A DNA stretch of 64,000 bases. Source: Azolla caroliniana (lineage: Eukaryota; Plantae; Polypodiophyta). Below the pieces are notes generated by a model. That model was not told the DNA's origin. It ran no database searches and saw only the letters and a list, made by a program, of their open reading frames with translations. Where the stretch lies: NCBI GenBank assembly GCA_043228905.1, contig JBHGNT010000002.1:25606001-25670000 (forward strand), read 5' to 3'. The position numbers and the translations under genes are program-made. Shown piece after piece: positions 1 through 10,544 of this stretch. Numbering within the stretch: the stretch's first letter is position 1; every line of letters starts with the position of its first letter.

Positions 1-1605
1 GGCCGGGTGGTGCAAGTGTGTCAGCATTCGTTCTCTCCTCAGGTTCCTGAAAAACTTCATTTGTTACATGTTCATGATCATTAGCAACATTATTGTCAAC
101 ATTTTGTAACTTATTCTCTCTGTGTTGTTTTAGCTCTAGAATGTATTTGCCTAATTTCTTTATATCTAGAGTATCTAATAGTTTGGGGAGGGTGGGAGAC
201 GGACCAAGTATGTCTTGGTATTTTGCCCTTATCTCGGCATAGGTTGGACACTTGCATGTAAAGTGGTACTCATCCTCTATCTCTATGTGACATAACCTAC
301 ATATCCTTTCCTCCCTAGGGACTCCACTAGTACGGCCATTTTCAATCTCAAGTTGGTGAGATGATATTCTAAGTTGTCCAATGGCAACCCTTAGTGCATG
401 TGGTAAGAATACATCTAGATATTTTGGCCGTGTGATAAAACCTAACTCAGAGAAGTGCATGAAGTGTTTCTTATAGTACGACATTTTAGATGGGAGTGGC
501 TCTAGTGGGGTGATCCATTTACATCGAGTGTAAATTTGCCATATTTCTTGGCGTATTACTTTATTGCGGTCCTCATGAGAGATTAAGGTGTTATCACTCG
601 TGTGGTTGTACCTAAGGGGAGGTAGGTTATTAATGTCTAGACCATTCGCAAGAAGCCAACTCACCATCATGCCATACCATGAGCTAGTATAGCCGGACTC
701 ATTCAATGATCGAGAGGCCTTAAAGGCTTGATGAGATATTCTATCATGTGGTTGGCTATGTATCCTATCAATGAAGACTACAAGTTGAAAAAGTGCCTCT
801 ACTAGCATTGGGGGTAACGTGAACTCGGCCCTAATAATGACATGTGGTACAGTCGATTTGCTTCGGAGTTGGCGTGATAGCATCATCACCAATGGTCTCT
901 TTAATTGCGTCCACATGAAAGATGGTAATCCTGGAGCCCAAACCGCTGATGCATACATGAGGGAGGGGGTCACTAATGAGTCAAAGAGCCACCCTTTAGT
1001 CCGTGGCTCTTGAAAGTGTGCTTGGTGGCATTGTCTCTCTAGGAGTGAGAGGGATGCATGTCCTCTCGTGAGTCTATCCTTCGCTGCATGTGTCATCGAA
1101 AATTTACCTGAGCGGGCACTAAAAGTGACTCCGAGATAGACGTATGATCCAACCACCTCGACTGGGCTATGGGAGATAGTTAGGTGACACTTAGCTCTAA
1201 CTTGGGCCGATGTGTGGAAGATAAGGACTTTTCCCTAGATTCACTACCAATCCTCGTTGTACACAAAAGTCATCTAAGGCATTAAGGTGCCTCTGTAGGT
1301 CATGTTTGGATTCAGAGAGCAAAACTATGACATCCGCATAGAGCAAGATACGAACCTGCGTATCCCCAAGGACCACTCCGGTGCCTCCCTCACGAGCAAT
1401 AAAATCTGTGATCTCATCAATGTAGATTCCAAAAAGTGTCGGTGATAGGGGGCAACCTTGTTTTACACCAATAGTGCTAGTGAAACGATTAGATAGGCCA
1501 CCTGGGCATCGGACACACCCGGACACTTGTTCATATAGTGCGTAGATGGCCCATACCATATCATCTGGTATCCTCAAGCTTTTAAGTCTATTAAACAACC
1601 AACCG
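1..1605 (-). mobile_element. 5'-truncated non-LTR retrotransposon (LINE, RTE/RTEX-like ORF2: RT C-terminal half plus CCHC zinc knuckle), running off the left edge
   Basis: Minus-strand translation gives RT motifs GVKQGCPLSPTLF and LLYADVIVLL (YADD altered to YADV), a frameshift near 1230 (NLGK / KVLIF), then YVYLGVTF. A stop-free frame continues to base 1 and contains LRISSHQLEIENGR and ICRLCHIEIEDEYHFTCKC. Confidence 0.9.
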
Positions 1606-1688
1606 CTCTCTAGGGACTGTGTCACCCAAAACCCAAAACCCAAAACTCCTAAACCCTAAACCCTAAACCCTCTCTAGGGACTGTGTCA
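1606..1688 (+). repeat. Telomere-like repeats (CCCAAAA and CCCTAAA units; telo-box AAACCCTA) bracketed by a perfect 19-bp direct repeat
   Basis: CTCTCTAGGGACTGTGTCA occurs at 1606-1624 and 1670-1688. Between them lies cccaaaacccaaaacccaaaactcctaaaccctaaaccctaaacc. Confidence 0.9.
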
Positions 1689-1781
1689 AAGGCTTTGCGG
1701 AAGTCCACAAAACGACAAGAGACAGAGACAGACAAACAAACAGACACAGAGACAGACAGACAAACAGACACAGAGTACGCC

Positions 1782-4601
1782 ATGGAAGCTTCCCCGTATG
1801 GTGATTATGCGGAGGTCCTCCGTGGCTCCGAAGCTCTCGTGCAGTCCGTGATGTCTTTGTGGGATTCCTCGCACGACTCTTTCCATGCTTTCCGAGTTCG
1901 AGACCTCGCTTTGTCTCTCGCTGCTGAAGAAGGATTGTCTACAGACCAGAAGAAAATCGTAGGACATTTCTCTGTCTCTGCACCCGCTGATTTTGGTTCC
2001 AGATTCTCCAAAGAAAGAAGGAAAAAAGAAAGGAATCTTGGGAAAAATGAGAAGTTTCAAAAATGAAAATGGAAACCTTGAGATAATAGAAAAACTAGAA
2101 AAACAAATAATAGACAGAACGAACAAGGATCTTGAAAGAAAGAAGGAAAGAAAGAAATGCCTGAAATTCTTGCTACATATGATTGTTTATTTGATTGATA
2201 ACGTGCACGCAGCTTAAGAAAGATCATTAAAAAGTAATGACTGCAAATGGTTGATTGTTGTTCAAGTGTGACAGCTTCTTTGAAAGAAAAAATGTATATG
2301 CATGCTGTTGTTTGTTTTGCTATCCCTGCCATACCATAAGCCTGATGAAAGAAGTAAAAATGATGAATTGATGAATCAAAAAGAAAAAAGACCATGTTGC
2401 ATATGCTTATTTTTATGCTGCATTTTATTTGATTGTTCTATAACATGTTTGAGACGGATGGATAGAAAGAAAGAAAGAGAAAAAGAAAAGAAAACCGTGT
2501 TACATATATGATTGATTATTTCTGATGGTTGATGCATAGAAAGTGAGTAAAAAGAAAGAAAATTTATAATGCATATGAATCATGTAGTATCAAAGAAAAA
2601 AGAAAAGGAATTCATGCTATCTATTATTCATTTCGTCTGGCTAAATGGATGCTCTCTAGAAGAATCAAAGTATCCTTTATGGTCATATTTTTGGTGGAAA
2701 CTTCAAAATGGTCATAAGTTTTTTGCTATTCCCCAAATGCTCTCGTGTGACCCAGTAAAAAAGGTTGAATTGACCATGTAACTGCTCAAATAGTGCATGT
2801 AATTGAGTAAAAGGGATAAGTTGGCCATATTACTGCTCAAGTAGAAGATATAATTGCAATTTTTGGGGAATTGAACCAGGGGCATTCGAGGAAATAACAG
2901 AAACTCAGGAGTAGTTTTGGGATTTTTACGAGTATATTTAATAGAGCATGCCATTTTGAACTTCTTATTTGCAGGTAGAGTTGGCAGCTTTATTGCATGA
3001 CATAGGTGAGTGGACTGTTGTAATCATTGAATCAATTGAATGAACTCCCATTTCTCATGATCTTTTATTTTTCTTATTTGTTATTGATTACAGATGATCA
3101 TAAGTATTCACACAGGTGAGAGCTACATTCTGAAGCTTAATTTTTTAAAATGCATTATTATAATGGAAAAACATGGCACTTGATGCAATCCGAATTTGAT
3201 CCTTCCATATGCATTGATATTTTTTGTGATTATCAATTAAGTTGCTGTTGCTTAAACAATAGAAAACACTAGTTGCAGCTCCTTCTAATTTATTATTGGA
3301 GATTGACCGGTGGTGTTTGGGAAAAAAAGGAAAACTGTGTGTTATATTGAAGGTTTTCTCTGTGGGTTTATGGTTGGTTATGTCTATACATGTTTTTGAA
3401 TCAGAAAAGAAGAGCATCTGACAGCACAGGAACTTCTGATGCATTATAATATATCAGTACCTATAATTGAATCAATTATGTATATCATACATAACATGGG
3501 TAAGAATAGTCTTCATCGATACATGGCGAATACTGAAATGGTTTAGTTGTTAACAATATATTTGTTTTTTCTTTAAGGTTTCAAAGATGAAATGGCTGGG
3601 TCATGTAATTCTAACAATATGATAGAATTTGGAATTGTACAAGATGCTGATCGTCTTGATGCGATGGGAGCAATTGGCAAGTATTATTCCTTCGTTCTCC
3701 GATATTTTTTGAAACATTATATTTTGGTAATTCATAGTAAACATTATCAAACCAATTCTTCAATAAACCTTAGCTAAAGGCTATTTACTTTTCAGGTATT
3801 GCACGTTGCTTCACATTTGGTGGCAGCAAGAATAATCTTATTTATCATCCAAATATTGAACCATGCATTAATTTAACAAAAGAAGAGTACATGAATCAAG
3901 AAAGAAAACAAACATCGTTGAACCACTTCCATGAAAAACTCCTGAAGCTGAAAGACTTGATGAAAACAAAGGTATAAAACTCATTTAAGATTGTTTGCTG
4001 TTAAATCGAAAAATTTATCATGCTATTTGGCATTTTTCTTAGTTTAACATTGTTTGACCGTTCAAAGGCTAAACATTTGATTGCGTATTAAACTAGTGTC
4101 ATCCAGCTGTTCGAATTTGTTGATGGGAGAACCATAAATATTTCATTTCCATGTTTATAAAACAATGAAAGTTAGAGAGTTGAAACTAGGTCTAGTTCTA
4201 CAACATAATAAGCTTTATTAATGGATGCATCCATCATGAAATCCTGGAAACGATAAAGATGTGTTATGAATTGATCCTTCCACTTTCACTCCACAAGAAG
4301 CATCTGTATTCGAAACATGTATGAAATTCTTTCCTTGTATAGGACACTCCATTTTCCATTGTTAGCAATTCTATATATATTAGTAATGATGTGATGCGAT
4401 GTACATTCTATGTAAGTTTACATAGCCTTGTCTTATTCTTCCTAGTTAAATGTAAATATACGTTTGGTCTCACAAAGTGATTCATATATATACTCATTTT
4501 GTCTTTTTCCACAGGCTGGTAGAAGAAGGGCAGACGGTAGACACAAATTTATGGAAGATTTTCTCACAGAATTCTATGGGGAATGGCAAGGGAAGCTCTA
4601 A
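1782..4601 (+). CDS. HD-domain metal-dependent phosphohydrolase (YpgQ/YedJ-like), 7 exons
   Basis: Exons 1782-1958, 2975-3005, 3094-3115, 3405-3499, 3578-3676, 3796-3971, 4515-4601 splice in frame. Motifs: [97 protein letters not shown]. Intron 5 is GC-AG. Confidence 0.9.
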
Positions 4602-7600
4602 TCTTACATTATCGACAAACTACTTGACTCTTTGACATTTCTTATCTGTGCTCTTGTGTCGACTTGGTTTAGATTTTTTGGTTTGTTTAAATTCTATGTC
4701 CATATTTCCCCATTTTTGTATACACAAACTTATGGAAGATTTTCTCACTTTTTGATCTCTGCAATATTGACAAACTGCTTATTGAAGGTTTACATTCTTA
4801 GGTTTCCATTTGTCACGTTGTTAATAATATGATGTTGGACAATTCCTATTTCAATGGGCTTTACGAAGTTTAGATTTCATTCATGTAAGTTAAAGGAAGA
4901 GGATTAAAGATTGGTTATGGGAAAGAATATAACACTTGCAAAAGGTAAAAGAAACAATGATTACCTTTGAGAGAACAGTGTGGAAAGAATAAGAAGTATG
5001 GATGTTTTGTGAACAGTTGATCTTTCAAGACTCAATATGTGACTTCAGCAATTTGTTGTTTCAATGCTTCTATGGAGATTTTGTTCATGATATTCCTTTA
5101 CCCTAATGGTAAGTAATAATACTGTCAATGAAACAATCACTGGTCCAAATTCTGAAAAGCAAAGGTGAAAGAGTGACATGTTATTTTAAGTTGGGCTAAC
5201 GTTGAAGTGGGATTTCGGTTCAAACTATCATGATAAGGATGGAGAATATCAATGTAACTCTAATACAATCCACTATTTATATGTTTCAATCTAAGTGGTT
5301 CTTTAACACTCTGCATCATTCATCCTTGGTCTGCCTATGTGGATCTTTATCTTCTCCTAATACTTCTCTCAAGAACATTGCTTTAGTGTGCTAGCTTTCC
5401 TATTTAGTCTTGCCACACACATGTGCCACCCTTATTCTTGATTCGTTGATGATTTTCAGCCTTGAGCTCTCTCAAACAATCCCATTGATATTCTAAGTTA
5501 CACTAGATCATATTGAGTGTGCTAGGTCGAGAGTTGGGAGTGATGAAGGAACTAACCCTAATGTCAACACTTTCTATCTATTCACATCAATAAGGCCTAT
5601 GTTAATCCCCTTTCTCTTAGAAGGTAATAACAATGTAACTTCTTGATTAATGAATGATTGGTTCGCCCATTTCATGCTTATTGTGGGCATTCATTTATAA
5701 GCCTCTTAGGTCCATCCCATGAACTAACAAGGTTCAATTGTTTAACTGTACAATGCCCTCATGCCATTTGATATCTCTTAAGCCTTCTTTATACATTAAT
5801 AGATGATCTCCATTTGCATTGTGCTCTCTTGCAAACCCACAACTAGGGAGAACTTTGGGTAAAGTAGGAGTTATTAGGTGAAAATTTGTTTAGTTTAATT
5901 TATATAAAACATTTAGAAATAGAGTGGAAGAATGCAACTTGATTATCACTATCCCAATTGACAAGGGGGAGAAGAATGTGTTAACTGCATCTGAACAATA
6001 TATGGGCTCGAGGCACCAAAACTTGTTTAGAGAGGTCATGAGTGGCTACAATCAATTTAATTTTTTTGATCCATACTAATGCTAATCATCTTTTTTAATG
6101 ATTAATTGTGTGCGGTGTTTGGAAAAACTAGGTAATTGATAGCCGTTTTGTGCAACTTGTGTGCAAGAAATTCCCCTTCTCAAACATTGTAATTAATACC
6201 ACATCTTACAGTTTGAGGCAGAAAAAGACATCACCACTTGAGTAGCTTCTTTGACTAAGATGTTATCATTTACATCAAAACTACTCTGCCCTAGCCTAAT
6301 CGGCGCCTTGCGTTCACAATTATCCCATGCATTTCATGTGATTATATATTATTAACACCTCTCAACATATATTGACTTTTGTAGCTTACGTGGCAAAGAG
6401 TTTTATTTTCCACTTAAGAGATTTCCTTGGAGGCACGTGACCATTAAAGAGTTTAGACAACTGTGTTCCATGTGGTTTCTATATTCTTTTGAATTCTTTT
6501 TGAAATCCTATAGATCATGTCCATTTCTTTCCAAATCATGTCAATTGTGACAATATTGAAATACCATATACCCTTGAAACATTTTTCCTCAACTATGAGC
6601 TATGAAAACATTAATCTCACTTATCAATACTAGATCATGATATGACCAATAACTTTCATGCTCAACATTAGTAGTAACCAACAACCAATTTGTGAGGAAT
6701 ATGAACCATAATCTTTCTTAGGACAAATGTAGATATAAAATAATTCTCAATACTTAGTACTTAACAATATCCACAAATCCCAAAAATAAAGACCAATCAA
6801 TTACTCCTATCTAATAATGCAATGCTAGAAGTTGCACATGTGGATTGCAAATCATAGTGAATCCATCAATTCTACAATGTTTCCATCCATAGAAACATGC
6901 ATTCACAAACAATGAACTTGCTTGAATAAATATAAAATGAGCATTAGCATTACCTTAGAGCATATAGATAAGCTTTTGTTCTATGATAGTCAAGTGATAA
7001 GTTGAGCTTTACCTATAGGAGAAACCATTGGGGGGCATGTATTGTCATACAAGGTCATTTGCAATGGCATCAAGGTAGGAATGCCATCATGTTGTTTGTC
7101 CTTCAAGTTTTGTCTTCAAGTATGCAAAAAATATGCTAAGAAGATAATATATGTGACATCATATTTTAACCACTAGTTGGGGTCCCCACATTAGACGACC
7201 ACGCGGTCAACCCTCCCAAATCTAGTCTCAAACCCATAACTCTTTATCACTTACTTGTAGGATACAAAATCATACACACATGAGCTCACCCCGAGACTAA
7301 GTAATCCGATAGCATTCCTCCATAGATTAGTCTTTGGCATAGATAGTATGAAAAAATGCAACCAACGTTTGTTGGAAAAAGTAACATTGAGAATATGGGA
7401 CAAGAAACGATTAACAATTGCCATATGAATAAGCGAGTCTCTTCAACTCGAGTTAGATTAAATAAATGGAACATGTTCACATAATTGCCATACTCAAATA
7501 GAGTGTTGGATGTATCTACCATGTGTTGCTTTCAATTAGGCCCATTACCATCATATGGCTCCATGATAATAATAAAAAGCATCGTAACATGCGTCATTCA

Positions 7601-9371
7601 TGAAATAAGGAAAGTGGAATCAAGATTAATGGTAGGATTTGACACTCACCCACTTGTCTAAAGCCTTTGCTAGGGTCATATGACATGTAGAAACATTATG
7701 AAAGGGTTTCAAATGGAAATGCTTACATCAACGTGGATAGGGGAAAATATGTGTGTTGTCAATAGACAAGTAACATGGTGTATTGGTTCCTAGGTAGTAG
7801 CAAAATTAGTAATGATTATTCTTATAATCTACAAACATAAATCACAAAAAAAAAATGCAATATGTAGCAAACATTTTATTCTTCTATGACTCCTCAAGTG
7901 CTCATATTGTATTCTAAGTGGGCACCTTATCTATACACTAAGTAATAAGAATGTTTTACATCAATATTTACTTGTTACAAGGAGCAATTTTTGTTTTGTT
8001 TTCTTTTGAGGAGCTTGAAGAGTTTAGCATGTCAAATACAAAATTATAAGATGCACGACCAATTGTGCTATTAGCATTGGAGAACATCTCAAATAAATTA
8101 TTGAACCTTTTTGTTTTCCGTTCCATCAATTATGTATTTCATATCAAATTTGTCATGAGAAAGGTACTCGATTGGAGTGGGCTCATGCCTTTTGTTAATA
8201 TTTAAGGCATTTCGCCTACATTTGGGCCCGATGTATAAAGGTATTGAAGTGAATGTAAAAGAAATGTATGACATGGAATTTGCTCACATGGGCAATTTAT
8301 GTTAAAGCTATAATAAATTTGATTTCCATATGATATATCATGTGATCATTTGTAGCAAAAGCCAAGAGTCACAAAGTATTGTAATAAAGATTTCGATATG
8401 TAGATTAAATGCATACACAAGGAAGTGCTTACAAGTGTTTCAAAATCATTTTGGGAAGGATTCATGAGCATCAATTAGTCAGGAGGAATATAAAAGAGAA
8501 AGATAATCACGTGTTAAGAGGACGAGAAATCGTTTTAGACATTATAAAAAACATGCTTGAGCCTTTGCAAAAGATTGTTGTAATTGTGAAGAATGGAAGT
8601 GATCCTCGGTTGCATGTCAATGAAGGTTTTCCGAGAATAAATAAAATAAAAACCAACTCTCTCTTAAAATTCCAAGTTCATTTATGCACCGAAAACAAAA
8701 GCAGATTTTGAAGAGGTTATTCGGATTCGGAGAGATTTTGCTTTGAAGTGTGGAAGGGTATGAAGAACTAGATAAATTGACAGCAAGAGAATGTTGACTA
8801 ATGGATGTGTGTAGAAACACCGTTTCTCTAGGTTCATGCGGTTGACATGTTTGCTAGCACTCGACTACATCTCGAGAAAAAAAATGCGGGTTTTTGAGGG
8901 AATGTTACATGGTATTTTCTTTTTAATGATAGCAAGCTAGAAACAAAATGCATGGACTTTTCAACGAGTTTCCATTGCATTGATTTATAAAAGCGTCTTA
9001 TGTCTATGCATATGTGCGGACGATTAACGAAAATGTTTTTGAATGGACGCCTAAACATTGTTTTGGATCGAATGTGTGTCCGATGAAAGGATATGATACA
9101 CATGTGGAGAATCCATGCATATCAATAGAGGCTCATCACATGAATTCAATGCAGATATGAAAGCGAAAGAGCACCCGGGGGCCGACTCGAGTTTCTACTG
9201 TCTCAGTGAAGAAACCCGAGGAGTGCCGGTTGAGAGTATGCATCTGGCGTCTCTCTTAAGTTTCACACCCCCTAGTCACTAAAGTCGCCGTAAACCAGAA
9301 AAGACCTAGGGGACATGGTAGGAAGCATTGGAGTCTCGGGGGTCATGAGACTCGGGCCAAAGCCTCTCTGA

Positions 9372-9413
9372 GAAGAAGAAGAAGAAGAAGAAGAAGAAGA
9401 AGAAGAAGAAGAA
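9372..9413 (+). repeat. (GAA)14 microsatellite
   Basis: Perfect GAA run read directly from the sequence. Confidence 0.95.
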
Positions 9414-9519
9414 GCATCGGAATCTCGGGGTCTCTATGTCCGTGTGTGCCTGGCAAAAGTCGGTTGGGTGTCCGTCTCTTTTTCCGGTGAAGTATCTCCG
9501 GGAAGAAGCATCATCCACC

Positions 9520-10010
9520 CTTCTCTCTCTCTCTCTCTCTACCTTATCTGAATATTCCCTCCCTCTTGCTTTACCCTCTCTCATCTCACTCTCTCTCTCA
9601 TCACTCTCCCTCTCATCTCTCTCTCATCACTCTCTCTCCCACTCATCTCTCTCTCATCACTCTCCTCTCATCTCTCTCTCTCTCTCATCACTCTCCTCTC
9701 TTCTCTCTCTCTCTCATCACTCCCTCTTATCTGAATATTCCCTCCCTCTTGCTTTACCCTCTCTCATCTCAGTCTCTCTCTCATCACTCTCCCTCTCATC
9801 TCTCTCTCATCACTCTCTCATCTCTCTCTCTCTCATCACTCTCTCATCACTCTCTCTCCCTCTCATCTCTCTCTCATCACTCTCCTCTCTTCTCTCTCTC
9901 TCATCACTCTCCCTCTCATCTCTCTCTCTCTCTCATCACTCCCTCTCATCTCTCTCATCTCACTCCCTCAGACCCTCTTATCTCTCTCTCTCTCTCATCT
10001 CACTCACTCA

Positions 10011-10080
<70 letters not shown>
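9520..10080 (+). repeat. CT-rich low-complexity array upstream of the CPK gene, with an internal ~183-bp duplication
   Basis: (CT)n interspersed with CAT/CAC. The block ttatctgaatattccctccctcttgctttaccctctctcatctc occurs at 9544 and 9727. The overlapping Ser/Leu/His ORFs are translations of this repeat. Confidence 0.9.
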
Positions 10081-10083
<3 letters not shown>

Positions 10084-10544
10084 GCTCTACTTTGAGCTCT
10101 CCCTCATCCAGATCTCTGCACAAAAACCCCTTCCCCAAACAAACAAATTTTCCATGCGCCAATCCGTTCTTTGCTCCACACCTTCACTCTCCTCAATGTG
10201 GGCCTCTCTTTTAGCCCTCATCTCTTACTCCTTCCATCTGCACAGAAGCACACGCATTGCTTCCTCCCGCCTGTACCGAAACTCCAGAATTCCCCATCCC
10301 TGCACACAAAAATTCTAATCTCTCTTCCTCGGAAACCCTAATTTCTTAATTTCTTCACAAAAAAAGAAGAAACAACTAACTCCCGCCCTTTTGCAAAACC
10401 TCACGATTTCGCGCTGCACAAACAAAGCCAGCCCCCCCCCCCCGAATTGCTTTAGAAAGCCCTAATTCTTAAACCTTTTGACAAACCCTAAAATTTTCCA
10501 GACTCTTTGAAAAATCCCTAGCTATTCTTCATTCTGTTCCAATC

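Noticed and set aside
8040-9300. Coding-like stretch with short ORFs (8409-8711, 8834-9103), possibly a transposon relic
   Set aside because: No recognisable motif, termini or TSD could be established by eye.
9306-10318. Long Ser/Leu/His-rich ORFs (219 and 250 aa)
   Set aside because: They are translations of the CT low-complexity array, which lacks stop codons by composition.
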